The notes: generated by a model not told the origin, from the letters alone. A stretch of 64,000 nucleotides of DNA from an uncultured virus (IMG/VR IMGVR_UViG_3300045993_000394) (IMGVR_UViG_3300045993_000394); one strand, 5' to 3'; shown: positions 30,713-40,801, counted from the first letter of the stretch. Numbers and translations are program-made.

Positions 30713-31589
30713 CTATTAGCCCTACCTCATGGAATCTGATGCTGTTTATTAAGTCGTCCACTTCATCAAGTTCACAATTCTGGCCTAAATACAGGATTCT
30801 AAGTTTTTCACGCGCTCGTTTAAACAATCTGGTTGCACGCGGCCTAGAAACACGCATGCGCATGGCTTGATGTATGTGTATACCGTCTATCATGCGTACT
30901 TCGTTTGAGTCGTTTGCATTCTGTAGAGCAAAACGCATGACTCTATATTCGTTCATATTCAACGTTAGACCATCTTCGATTATCTTAAGAGAGTCGTCTA
31001 CTATTGAAGTAGCGAACGGATCTTCAAAGTTTACGTGTTCTTCTTCTTGCGGCTTCTTGTATAGGTAGTGCGCTTCTGAGTCGTCTACGTTTGATTCTTC
31101 TGTATTTTCGTCTTCTGTATCGGATTTTATATTGTCTATGTGTTGATGTCTCTCGTGCCACTTTACAGTTCTATTTACGTACCATATACACCATTTTGGT
31201 AAAAATCCGGTTTTGAAATCGAACAAAAACGATGTTATTGGATTTAATTCACCAAGAGAATACTTGGTCATTATACATTCTATAATATATGCATTTATCT
31301 CCATATGCATATCGTTATAGTTTATGTCTTGATCGTCTGCGCGTTTCTTTGTGTGCGTTATTAAATTTAGTACACCGTACTTGAAAATGTCTAACAGTGT
31401 CCTTGTTGTCTCGTTTACGTTTATGCTTAATTTTAATCTACACACCAGTATATTTATTGTGTCGTTTTTGTCTGAAAGAGTTTTACCACCAAACGCTTTC
31501 CTAGATCTACACCTGCCAATGTGCTTGCACTTGCTACATTCTTGTTTTGCTGGAGCCGGTTTAACTTCAGCGGCAAGTGCAAGCATCAT
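30705..31589 (-). CDS. Divergent sigma-70-like factor with N-terminal Cys cluster
   Basis: Region-4-like LNMNEYRVMRF...MRVSRPRATRLFKRAREKLR; region-2-like core. Confidence 0.6.
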   Translation of the reverse strand: MMLALAAEVKPAPAKQECSKCKHIGRCRSRKAFGGKTLSDKNDTINILVCRLKLSINVNETTRTLLDIFKYGVLNLITHTKKRADDQDINYNDMHMEINAYIIECIMTKYSLGELNPITSFLFDFKTGFLPKWCIWYVNRTVKWHERHQHIDNIKSDTEDENTEESNVDDSEAHYLYKKPQEEEHVNFEDPFATSIVDDSLKIIEDGLTLNMNEYRVMRFALQNANDSNEVRMIDGIHIHQAMRMRVSRPRATRLFKRAREKLRILYLGQNCELDEVDDLINSIRFHEVGLIDG

Positions 31590-31614
31590 TTGTTACCTCA
31601 TTGAGTGTCTTGTG

Positions 31615-32271
31615 TCACGAGCCTGAACTGCCGAAGCCAGCAGTGCCACGAATGTTGTACTCTGGGCTGACTTCTTTGACTTCAATGAAGTCAGCAGAAA
31701 TAAGCTTATGCAGCACCATTTGAGCGATTCTATCGCCCTTGGAGATATGGTACGCGGTGGTGCTGACGTTCATTAGTGTAACCATCATTGTACCAGTATA
31801 ACCACCGTCTATGATGCCACGGAACGGTACTACACCAACTTTATACAGGCTTGAACGACCTTCAATGGTAATATAGTAGCCACATGGTGCCACAACTGCC
31901 AGCCCTGGGTCAATATTTACGATGTCGCCTGGACTGATCGTGACATCATCCAATGAATGGATGTCGTATCCGGCATCTGATGCGCGTGACCTATGCGGAA
32001 TGATTGCTTCTGGATTCCGCTTCATCACTTCGATGCGCGGGATCCGCTCTACGTATTTGTCTCCACCGTTAAGACAATGATGCGGTGTTGATACGTTACG
32101 AAATTCACGTAAAAACTCTTCGTCGCAATCGATGCATCGCACATACACCTTAGTGTGAGATGTCGCAGGCAATGTAGATACGTCAACCTTAAGTGAAAAT
32201 AGCGTCTTCTCGTCAAGGATTGCAAGGATACCAGCTGGATTACTCATTGGGTTCACCGTTTGGTTGTTCAA
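31615..32271 (-). CDS. dut: Trimeric dUTPase with N-terminal zinc-ribbon extension
   Basis: AGYDI, GRSS, GIIDGGYTG, RIAQ and RGTAGFGSSG motifs. Confidence 0.93.
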   Translation of the reverse strand: MNNQTVNPMSNPAGILAILDEKTLFSLKVDVSTLPATSHTKVYVRCIDCDEEFLREFRNVSTPHHCLNGGDKYVERIPRIEVMKRNPEAIIPHRSRASDAGYDIHSLDDVTISPGDIVNIDPGLAVVAPCGYYITIEGRSSLYKVGVVPFRGIIDGGYTGTMMVTLMNVSTTAYHISKGDRIAQMVLHKLISADFIEVKEVSPEYNIRGTAGFGSSGS

Positions 32272-32719
32272 TAAGTTTATTGATCGCCACCACTACGTCA
32301 GCCATTGCCGTTTGCACGCTTTCTACATTGCCAAGAATTGCAGTAAAATATTTGTCTGGCATGACGCGCGACGTCAGGTAGGCCGATGTGCCATACGGAA
32401 TGTCAGTTATGATGATAATTTCTTTGCATTGAGCGTGTGCACGATTGATCTCTATTGGGGTACCAATGGACATAATGTTTGATGGGACGTGCGCAATCAA
32501 CAAGTCGCACGAATCTACTGCCGCATTATTGATTGTTTCTATCCAACGAGCCCTGTGCACATGATGCTTGCCGTTTGCGCACAACGCATATGGCAACGAT
32601 GCATTATACATTGTGCAAGGTAGATGACTATCATCTAGCGCCGTTTTGAGTATGCTCTTCCATATGTGCCACGAGTCTTTATTTAAGTCGATTGGACCGG
32701 CGAGGTATATGTTTAGCAT
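32240..32719 (-). CDS. Nucleoside 2-deoxyribosyltransferase / dNMP N-glycosidase family protein
   Basis: IYLAGP, VDSCDLLIA and SIGTPIEI motifs. Confidence 0.8.
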   Translation of the reverse strand: MLNIYLAGPIDLNKDSWHIWKSILKTALDDSHLPCTMYNASLPYALCANGKHHVHRARWIETINNAAVDSCDLLIAHVPSNIMSIGTPIEINRAHAQCKEIIIITDIPYGTSAYLTSRVMPDKYFTAILGNVESVQTAMADVVVAINKLIEQPNGEPNE

Positions 32720-32727
32720 TTAATATC

Positions 32728-33309
32728 CTAAATGGCGTCAATAAATTCTTTAAGCTTATTCTTGTTGATCCACTGCATGGCGTTTGATACGGCGAGAGTG
32801 GTGTCTACGTTCATGATTGTTCTGTAAGGCAGCGCGTAATACTGGATCATGGACTCAGCGGCGCTAAAAAGCTTGCGCTGTTCAGATAGACGCTGCTTGA
32901 ACTTCTCTGGTTGATCAAATTCGTCACGATTGCGAAGTGAAGCACGTTTGACTAATTCAAAGTCGTCTTGTGCGCGCACTTCATAAAATTCAAGCGGGCT
33001 GGCGTAAAATGTCTGCCTGAGCCAACGCACTTGATCGTCAAACCGTGGGAATCCATCGAGCAGGATAAGCTGTGTACCGAGGGCGTATACCCGCTCGATA
33101 CAGTAGCCGAGTTCTGCGCGCAGTTCAGTCTCACGCGGAAACAACACACCATTCTTCATGATTTCTTTATCTTCTTCTGTAATGATCTTCTTCACGATGT
33201 CCGATGTACTGATGACCGTAGTACGGTAGACATCAAGAAGTTTCTCGTGTAGTGCTTTAACAATGGTGCCTTTACCAGAGCAAGGCATACCCATGAAACA
33301 GATTATCAT
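32728..33309 (-). CDS. adk: Adenylate-kinase-family nucleoside monophosphate kinase
   Basis: GMPCSGKGT P-loop, STSD, LDGFPR. Confidence 0.85.
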   Translation of the reverse strand: MIICFMGMPCSGKGTIVKALHEKLLDVYRTTVISTSDIVKKIITEEDKEIMKNGVLFPRETELRAELGYCIERVYALGTQLILLDGFPRFDDQVRWLRQTFYASPLEFYEVRAQDDFELVKRASLRNRDEFDQPEKFKQRLSEQRKLFSAAESMIQYYALPYRTIMNVDTTLAVSNAMQWINKNKLKEFIDAI

Positions 33310-33638
33310 TTTGCTTTCCTATTCTTTAGGTTAGTTTTCCTTAGTTCATTTGCTTTTGATGTTACGGTCTTTTTAAGTTCTTTTGCTGTTTTTCTCGACA
33401 TAAGCATTCTGTCTTCTAGTGATAATGCTAATGTGCCGCTGGCGTGATACACTTCACCGTTCCATGTCCTGTGCGAACCTACGTGGTTGTGCTGCAATAC
33501 GCACAGTTTGTCGCCTACTGATTTTGTACAGAATTTTTCATTCAATAGGTCTATGCCACGCTTGTACATCTCCTCATATGCCCCATGCCACTGCTTTATG
33601 CTGTTGTTCACAGCGTCTATGAATTTTACAGGTTTCAT
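33306..33638 (-). CDS. Hypothetical protein with C..C.L...H.G.H Zn motif
   Basis: FCTKSVGDKLCVLQHNHVGSH. Confidence 0.5.
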   Translation of the reverse strand: MKPVKFIDAVNNSIKQWHGAYEEMYKRGIDLLNEKFCTKSVGDKLCVLQHNHVGSHRTWNGEVYHASGTLALSLEDRMLMSRKTAKELKKTVTSKANELRKTNLKNRKAK

Positions 33639-34114
33639 TTTGCATCCCGTGTTCTGAGTGGAATTTCATATGGAACAAGCTTCACTAACCTAAAACCATC
33701 TTGCGTGAATTCCATCGGTGAATAATACTTGGTAACAAGTTCATTGTCATACTGTCTAACGTAATACACCTTATGGATTCCAGCGTTTACGATTAGCTTA
33801 AAGCAAGCAAAACATGGTCTATCTGTAACATACATGGTGGAACCATTGATAGGCGAACCAAGCTTTGCTGCCTGCGCTATGGCATTTACTTCACTATGTA
33901 CAGTTCTAACACAGTGCTTTTCTACCATGTCGTGTCCAGCATTGTCACAATGGTCAGCACCAACCATGGAACCATTATATCCGGTCGATATGATGTGTAC
34001 GTCATTAACAATTACAGATCCTACATATCTACGATCACACGTACCTCTTTCTGATACTTTAAAAGCTAAATCCATGAAATACTCATCCCAATTCTGTCTC
34101 ATCGTGGCATCCAT
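33635..34114 (-). CDS. dCMP deaminase
   Basis: STGYNG, HSEVNA and PCFAC zinc motifs. Confidence 0.92.
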   Translation of the reverse strand: MDATMRQNWDEYFMDLAFKVSERGTCDRRYVGSVIVNDVHIISTGYNGSMVGADHCDNAGHDMVEKHCVRTVHSEVNAIAQAAKLGSPINGSTMYVTDRPCFACFKLIVNAGIHKVYYVRQYDNELVTKYYSPMEFTQDGFRLVKLVPYEIPLRTRDAK

Positions 34115-34321
34115 GGAGGTAGTTTAGGCAACTCAACATCGATGGCTAGGCATATCATACGCACAGTCACTGGGTCCAATGTGACTGTAGCTGTAATGTT
34201 TAGCGTGTCTCCGTCGCACAATACGCGTGTTTTATTAAAATCTTCTAGTTTTTGCGTAGCCAAGTGCGTCACCCTATCTGCTATGATGCGTTTAAATGCA
34301 TCTATCGTCTTATCATCCATG

Positions 34322-37084
34322 TTAGTGTGCCTTTAGTTGTTTGGCTTTGATTGCCTTGATGATATTAGCCGGTGTCTGAGCACCGTGTGACATAGCCCCG
34401 GCTGCGACCACTTGCTCAGGCGTCCTATCGTGACTAATGTTGAATCCGGCTACTTCCTGTGGTGTGCAGCACTCTGTAAACCTGAGTGATGCTCGCTGCT
34501 TGTCGTCAAGCATTGCGTTGATCGCTACGTTAGATGGACCACCACGGCGCTTGTCTACGTATATTACGCGGTTGCCCTTCTGAATGCCATGCTCTTCGAT
34601 CTGTTCTTGCGTCTTCTCGGAAATAGTAATCAGATCGTCTGCGTCCTGAGAAATCTTATACGATCCGGCCATATTCTCGGCTTCACGGATAGCACCTTTC
34701 TGGAAGCCGGTCCTGTTAAGCTGACTGATGCACATGCTAACCAGATTCAGCTGTTTAGCTACTTTGTTAGTCATGATTGTCGTGGCTTCAGAAATTACTT
34801 CTTCCTTGGACATGCCACGCTGGTCTTTTGACGCCATTACCAACTGAATATAGTCCCAGGTGACTCCAACAATACCATACCTAAATACGTGTTCTTCGAT
34901 TATTGAGTATACCTCATCAATGGTGCCCATCTGAGGCTTCTTGATGATTAACGTGCTTTGCGCATAGGTATCACGAGCTTCACAATACTTATTGTACTCT
35001 TCAATGTCTGTGAACTGACCCAACTGTATGCGCGTGTTAGAGATACCCGATTCAAGTGAGTACATACGCATGGCAAGTTCAACTTCGTCCATTTCGGAAG
35101 CGATCCATAGCCATGGCTTACGTTGCTGCATCACTATTGGCTTTATCATGTTTAATGCCAGCAGTGACTTACCTACACCTGAGTTTGCAGCAATAACGAA
35201 CTGGTGCCCCGGCTGCAGACCGCTCATCGTCATGTTAAGAACTGGCAACGCCGAACCAAAATCGTAGCCTACGATTCTGGAGTCCGACGCCATTCTTTCG
35301 TGAATGATTCTATCCACCTTGTCTGCTACAGACTGTGGAATTGATGCTTGATTCGATCCGACGTCAACAATTGATACTGACGAACGCCTAAACTTTTGTA
35401 TTGCTGCATTTGGTGTGTTGTTTAGGTCCTGCAGCGCCGTTTGCAGCGTCGTAGACTGCGAGATGCACGTCCTACGTAGCCATAGATCCTGAACATACTC
35501 AAGTGCTACGTCAAACTTATATTCAGGCTGCATGCTAACAATCTTATCAATCTTCCTGATGATCCTATCTTTGTCTACTGGATAAAGTAACTCAACCTTA
35601 TCATGTATTACTCGTGCTGTAATTGATGTATCATGCTCTTTGTATGCAGCAAAGATAGCTGCGAATATGAACTTAGTCTCACTCTGTGCAAAGTGGTCTA
35701 CTGTAAAGTTCAGCGCTTTGACTTTTGACCAATTCTTTGGGTCAATGATGATATTGTGAATAACTGTATCTTCTGCTTTATTGTTATATAGCTTAGACGT
35801 TGAAATCTTGATATCGCGAATGAATGTAGATATGCTATTCTGCGTTGACCCAAGAACCGAAGCCAGATAGTCGCAGGTGATATCTATCTCTACGTCCTGC
35901 ATGCGCGCTATCAGCGGTGCCATGTCGAATAGCAGTTGTGACTTCTGCTCAAGCGTGAAATTGGCCACGCCGCCGTACTTTGATTTAATCGCGAATTCGA
36001 TCGGCATCTCGGCGTTCGCGATCACGGCGTCGAGAGCGGTCCGTCCTGAAACGCGCACGAGCGTATCGCATTGCGTATCCATGGGCATGCGTGCGATTTT
36101 CAGAAAAAGTCCTCTGAACTTCGCCATGTCGTCAACGAGCCGCATGGAAGCCAAATACCCAGCTTGATCACCATCAAAACAGGCTAAAACAGATTTGACA
36201 CCGGCTGACTTGAGTGTCTCAACCTGCTCGTCTGAGATGTTTGTGCCCATGACCGCTACACCACCTGCGGCCACGCATGCTTTAAATCCTTCACATAGAA
36301 CGATTCTATAGCCGTTTGCTCTTAGGCTCTTACGCACCTGATATAGACCATATACAAGGCCGCGCTTAAATAGCGGGTGTGCATTACTGGTGCCTTTGTA
36401 CTTGGGTCCGTGCTGCTCAGTTGGCGCTACCTGCTTTGCATAAATGCGATATGTATCACCAGACAGATCGTGTATAGGATACGTTAGCGTGTTTTCAAAT
36501 AGAGACTTGTAGTCAAGCTCGAGCTTGCGTACGTCATCCTGGCTGATTGCGTACTTCGCAGACAGAAAAGACATTAATGCATTTATAGACGGTGAATATC
36601 CGATCTTGTACGCTTCAATCGTATCGTCGTCAAATCCGGTATCGTTCTTGTACCATGTCAACACCGATTCGTTATTCTTCAGTTGTGTGTGGCACCATTC
36701 TCCAACTGAATTGAAGATGTTAACGTATCTGTCTGTAATCGCTTCTTCTTGAGTTGGTGACCTAACATATGCCGAAATATCTATTGCATATGTACTAGAC
36801 AGATGCTCAATGGCTTCACCGTACGACATTGAATGGAACTTTTGCATCCACTTGATAGAATCGCCGTGCTCATGACAACCGAAGCACTTGAAGGCGTTGG
36901 TGGATGTGTTGATGTTTAGCGATGGTGCCTTCTTCTCACCGTGAAATACACAGAAGAAGAAATTGTTTGGTCCAGACTCTTTTACTGGATCGGCACCTAT
37001 TGAGTCTTTCACTACTCGTAGAATGTCTGTGTTGTTTCTTATGTGTTCGTTCAGAAGTTTTAAGTCTGTGTAGTACCGTGCCAT
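34322..37084 (-). CDS. DnaG-type primase fused to DnaB-type helicase
   Basis: CHC2 finger (CVFH...CFGC), TOPRIM EG/DGD, Walker A ANSGVGKS, DYIQL, SQLNR. Confidence 0.9.
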   Translation of the reverse strand: MARYYTDLKLLNEHIRNNTDILRVVKDSIGADPVKESGPNNFFFCVFHGEKKAPSLNINTSTNAFKCFGCHEHGDSIKWMQKFHSMSYGEAIEHLSSTYAIDISAYVRSPTQEEAITDRYVNIFNSVGEWCHTQLKNNESVLTWYKNDTGFDDDTIEAYKIGYSPSINALMSFLSAKYAISQDDVRKLELDYKSLFENTLTYPIHDLSGDTYRIYAKQVAPTEQHGPKYKGTSNAHPLFKRGLVYGLYQVRKSLRANGYRIVLCEGFKACVAAGGVAVMGTNISDEQVETLKSAGVKSVLACFDGDQAGYLASMRLVDDMAKFRGLFLKIARMPMDTQCDTLVRVSGRTALDAVIANAEMPIEFAIKSKYGGVANFTLEQKSQLLFDMAPLIARMQDVEIDITCDYLASVLGSTQNSISTFIRDIKISTSKLYNNKAEDTVIHNIIIDPKNWSKVKALNFTVDHFAQSETKFIFAAIFAAYKEHDTSITARVIHDKVELLYPVDKDRIIRKIDKIVSMQPEYKFDVALEYVQDLWLRRTCISQSTTLQTALQDLNNTPNAAIQKFRRSSVSIVDVGSNQASIPQSVADKVDRIIHERMASDSRIVGYDFGSALPVLNMTMSGLQPGHQFVIAANSGVGKSLLALNMIKPIVMQQRKPWLWIASEMDEVELAMRMYSLESGISNTRIQLGQFTDIEEYNKYCEARDTYAQSTLIIKKPQMGTIDEVYSIIEEHVFRYGIVGVTWDYIQLVMASKDQRGMSKEEVISEATTIMTNKVAKQLNLVSMCISQLNRTGFQKGAIREAENMAGSYKISQDADDLITISEKTQEQIEEHGIQKGNRVIYVDKRRGGPSNVAINAMLDDKQRASLRFTECCTPQEVAGFNISHDRTPEQVVAAGAMSHGAQTPANIIKAIKAKQLKAH

Positions 37085-37108
37085 CGTTTCTCCGTTGTTT
37101 AGACGACT

Positions 37109-37145
37109 CTGCCGCAGTTAAAGTGTCACCTTTAATCTGCGGCAG
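37109..37145 (-). other. Intergenic stem-loop in the leader of the primase-helicase gene
   Basis: CTGCCGCAG-TTAAAG / CTTTAA-t-CTGCGGCAG; 15 bp with one bulge. Confidence 0.55.
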
Positions 37146-37172
37146 TATATACGGCGCTATGTCTGCGTGAAT

Positions 37173-37409
37173 TTAGCGATATTCTGACGTTTGGAATCTT
37201 TCGTCGTCTGGGTCGCGCTCTTTGATCACAATGTTATGCCCAGCATCGATGTCGCTCTTATGCGGATAAATGTCAAAGCGTAACGAATATCCAGGTGCAT
37301 TTTTATGTGGGAACGCTACACCGACACGTACCCACTTTTGACGTTCAATACCGCCGTCGTCATTGTATTTCTTAACAAGGAAAATGTCAGCTAGGTTCTC
37401 AGTTATCAT
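37173..37409 (-). CDS. Small hypothetical protein
   Basis: KWVRVGVAFPHK...YSLRFD pattern resembling small phage/plasmid proteins. Confidence 0.6.
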   Translation of the reverse strand: MITENLADIFLVKKYNDDGGIERQKWVRVGVAFPHKNAPGYSLRFDIYPHKSDIDAGHNIVIKERDPDDERFQTSEYR

Positions 37410-37416
37410 TTTATTC

Positions 37417-38253
37417 CTACCAATCTAGATCAAGCATAACACGGTTAATATCCACTGTTTTACGCCATTCATCATTGCGTTGAAACACGATCTTAGGCGC
37501 TTCATGCATATTTATAATATTTGATATAAGCGCTTCAGAAGTAAGAATCATATCGTCTGTTTTCTGTTTCACCTCGTCCAATTTACGCTTCTTGCTGGCT
37601 AACATGGCAGCAAGAGTGCTTGGTGATTTTGAATCTAGATTGCCAGATCTTTCGCAGATCTCTTTGATTAAATCTAAACTATACTCTTTACAGATTTCGG
37701 ACAGCCTAACCATGTTAAATATGTTGTAGTCGGCTACCATCCATTGAGTCGTTATGTAGTTGTAAGCATCAATCGCAGCAGCGTTGCGCGATATTCTAAA
37801 TGAATAGAATTTTGATATGTACTTATCATTAGTCGGCCATTGCAGCAATGGCGTGTCTGATTCTTCAAACAGATCTGTTAAATTATATATGCGTCTTGCT
37901 ACGTCTAAGTTTGTTATTCTAACTTTATCTAGTCTTGCCATCTTTAATACATTAGGTAAATTCTTGAAGTGATACTTAAGTGCTGTGTTGTCGTAGATCA
38001 GTGGATCAACTTCGTCCATGAAATATTTTACAGCGTTAAATCTACCTAGATCGGCTTCTCTTCTAATATGCGTAAGCACCCAATCAAGTATGACTCTACC
38101 GGCCATACTCATTGGTCGTCTTAGCACTCTGTAATCGTCACTTATGTGTACAAAATCACGTATGTTACCTGCTGCCATAACACAGGGTGCACTGCCGTCT
38201 ATGGACTCTTTTTGTTCTTTTTCTAAGAGATCATCATCTATTGGAGTTATCAT
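37417..38253 (-). CDS. Hypothetical protein in the replication module
   Basis: 278 aa ORF; no recognised motif. Confidence 0.6.
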   Translation of the reverse strand: MITPIDDDLLEKEQKESIDGSAPCVMAAGNIRDFVHISDDYRVLRRPMSMAGRVILDWVLTHIRREADLGRFNAVKYFMDEVDPLIYDNTALKYHFKNLPNVLKMARLDKVRITNLDVARRIYNLTDLFEESDTPLLQWPTNDKYISKFYSFRISRNAAAIDAYNYITTQWMVADYNIFNMVRLSEICKEYSLDLIKEICERSGNLDSKSPSTLAAMLASKKRKLDEVKQKTDDMILTSEALISNIINMHEAPKIVFQRNDEWRKTVDINRVMLDLDW

Positions 38254-38639
38254 GCTATGATCACTGGATATCTAGGATCAAATGGTAATGTGGATAGTTC
38301 CACGCTTTGTATTCTTGTTGGTTTAAACGATTCGATTCGATTATGCGGTAAACACCACGCCATCAAGTGTTCACCGGTCTTGAATTGCTTGAATTCATAC
38401 GGCTCTACGTACCTAGGCACGCCCTTGTATACCATCCATAATAGAGTCTGCTGCATCGCTGACTTGCGAATAGTCTCTCTAATGGACAGCATTACATGTG
38501 GCTGGTGCCTAGGGTCGTATTTGTCCAGTAGTGGTATATTTACAAGAGACGTTGGCTCAGGCTTTACATCATGCGGTATATGATGTATGTCTTTTAGAAA
38601 ACGCTCTATGTTAGTATACCAACTACCGTGCAATGGCAT
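38250..38639 (-). CDS. Stand-alone WYL-domain protein
   Basis: RYVEPY...HLMAWCL....IESFKPTRIQSVE....F. Confidence 0.8.
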   Translation of the reverse strand: MPLHGSWYTNIERFLKDIHHIPHDVKPEPTSLVNIPLLDKYDPRHQPHVMLSIRETIRKSAMQQTLLWMVYKGVPRYVEPYEFKQFKTGEHLMAWCLPHNRIESFKPTRIQSVELSTLPFDPRYPVIIA

Positions 38640-38640
38640 A

Positions 38641-38952
38641 TTATACCTTGGCTGGTGCAGCCGCAGTGGCTGCGATGTTCTTTACCTGATAATCGGCTTC
38701 ACGACGAATCTTAAGATGCTCAAGAATGGCAACGCGACGGTCTTTCTCGGCAGAAATGACGTCGTTGTACGACTCGACGACCATCTTCTTATCGTACTCC
38801 GCGATGCGCTGACGCTCGCACGAAATGGACACGAAGTGTTCAAGCTCTGCGGTGTCATATCCCTGCAATACGACCGCTGCTTCGTCGGTGTCGCTGAACT
38901 GAATCTTCGCAAGCTCTGCTTCAAGCGCTGAGTCTACCTGTAGTCCTGACAT
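38641..38952 (-). CDS. Hypothetical acidic protein
   Basis: 103 aa with GGAG RBS. Confidence 0.6.
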   Translation of the reverse strand: MSGLQVDSALEAELAKIQFSDTDEAAVVLQGYDTAELEHFVSISCERQRIAEYDKKMVVESYNDVISAEKDRRVAILEHLKIRREADYQVKNIAATAAAPAKV

Positions 38953-39011
38953 GTTATGGCTCCGTTGTTTGAGTTACGCGAAAGAATACGCTGACCGGTT
39001 TTCGCGATGAA

Positions 39012-40463
39012 TTACAGCACCAATGCATTTTCTGCCTTGTATTGAGCTAGTCTTTGCGTTCTGTGTGTTTTTAGAAACGAGCATTGCTTATATAAATCTA
39101 CTATATATCCACATTCTTTATTGAATTCTGGACACGATCTTACCACACGACCGGCTATTTGTCTAATGTCCTTCATGTCTGTGGCTATGATGATGGCATC
39201 AAGTGACCTAATATCGAGGCCAACGCCACCAATGTCCGATACTATACACTTAATCTTTTTGCTGTAAACGTCATCAAATAACTTAAATCTGTCTGCTCTT
39301 TTGGTTTTACCCTGTACAAACGGCGCACCAAGCATTTTAGCTATAGTTTCACCGTACTCTATGCGATGCCCAGCATATACGAACACTGTATTACCTGAAT
39401 CTGTAAATTCGTGAGCGGCTTTCTCTATTGCGTGGTGCCACTCTGGATTTAGCAATATCTCAGCTTCTAGGCACTCTCTATATACTTCTGCTTGATTGTC
39501 TTTATATCCACCATATACTTGAGTGACATATGGTACTTCAACTGATTTAACGATGAGAGGGACTCTAACACCCAATCCATAAAAATCATTATCAAAAGCA
39601 CTGTATATTACCTCACCAAATATTTGTTCAAGTCCAATATTGGCGGTCTTCTCTTTCTCTCCATCAAGCTCTTTTGGTGTAGCAGAAAAACCAAAACGTT
39701 TCACTACATGTTTAAACCTATCGTAGATAGCTATACACGTATCAGTTTCACTGGTATGAGCTTCGTCATGGAGCACCAACCTAACCGTCTTTAGATGATC
39801 GTCAAGTTCTTGCCGTCTGTCGTGCTGCTGCTTTTTCTTGCTTTTGGTAATGCCCCATATGGATGCTAGAGACTGTACGGTAGACACGGTTACGTCGCCA
39901 AGTTCAAACTCACCGTCGCCTATGTAGCCTATCTTCTTGCCTGGGAAATACTTACCCATATTACGATACATCTGGTCTGTAAGAACTAAGTCGTTAGTCA
40001 AGAACAGTGTTGGTGTTTTAAGTTCGTCTATTATGATGCCTGCTTGCACGCTCTTACCGGAACCACATGGTCCAGCTATGATACCTATATCGTTCTTGCG
40101 AACAATTTCACGTACCTTATCTTGGTAATCATATGGCTTATATGTCTGCATGTCTAGTGCGATGTCTATAGCAGACATAGCTCGGCTACGCTGGTCGTCA
40201 ACTTGAACTGTGTATCCAAGTTGATTTAAAGCCAGCGTGACGCGATGCAGTAAACCTATTCTGAACGTTTTATTGATTCTATCAAACGTATTTGTATAAC
40301 CGTCCCACTTCTTAGTCTTGAACATCCACTGGTGCATATATCCAGATGGATGAAATCTAGTCTTTACTGTTAAGTATGTAAGTTCTTGATCTGAAAGCTC
40401 GTTCAATATCAAACACGTAGTAGCACTGGCTATGATGCTTGCTGTTTTCATTAGTAAAGCCAA
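39012..40463 (-). CDS. Superfamily II helicase (UvsW/XPB-like)
   Basis: GPCGSGKS, DEAH, SATP, QIAGRVVR. Confidence 0.9.
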   Translation of the reverse strand: MALLMKTASIIASATTCLILNELSDQELTYLTVKTRFHPSGYMHQWMFKTKKWDGYTNTFDRINKTFRIGLLHRVTLALNQLGYTVQVDDQRSRAMSAIDIALDMQTYKPYDYQDKVREIVRKNDIGIIAGPCGSGKSVQAGIIIDELKTPTLFLTNDLVLTDQMYRNMGKYFPGKKIGYIGDGEFELGDVTVSTVQSLASIWGITKSKKKQQHDRRQELDDHLKTVRLVLHDEAHTSETDTCIAIYDRFKHVVKRFGFSATPKELDGEKEKTANIGLEQIFGEVIYSAFDNDFYGLGVRVPLIVKSVEVPYVTQVYGGYKDNQAEVYRECLEAEILLNPEWHHAIEKAAHEFTDSGNTVFVYAGHRIEYGETIAKMLGAPFVQGKTKRADRFKLFDDVYSKKIKCIVSDIGGVGLDIRSLDAIIIATDMKDIRQIAGRVVRSCPEFNKECGYIVDLYKQCSFLKTHRTQRLAQYKAENALVL

Positions 40464-40801
40464 TTGGGGACGCAGAACTGCCTAGGCAATTCGTATGGTT
40501 CTTTGTCTATAACTAATACAAATGGGTCGTTTGTAGACCATTTTCTTTTTAGTTTCTCAAGCGGTCCGTAGTACTCTTCACCCCATGTAACAGTATGGCA
40601 AGTAAAAATACAGACATAGGTACCATTTGTATCAGAACCTGTATACCCGTGCACATTAAGATTTTCTAAAACAGTCCATGAATTATAACGCGCGGTTGCA
40701 TAGTTTAATTGACTACTGAACGGCTGTGCGGGTAAGACAAGATTCGTGGCGTAGTTAAGGTTACCAGATACAATTGCTGTGCTGCCAAAGAATGGAATCA
40801 T
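40451..40801 (-). CDS. Hypothetical protein
   Basis: 116 aa, translationally coupled to neighbours. Confidence 0.5.
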   Translation of the reverse strand: MIPFFGSTAIVSGNLNYATNLVLPAQPFSSQLNYATARYNSWTVLENLNVHGYTGSDTNGTYVCIFTCHTVTWGEEYYGPLEKLKRKWSTNDPFVLVIDKEPYELPRQFCVPNWLY

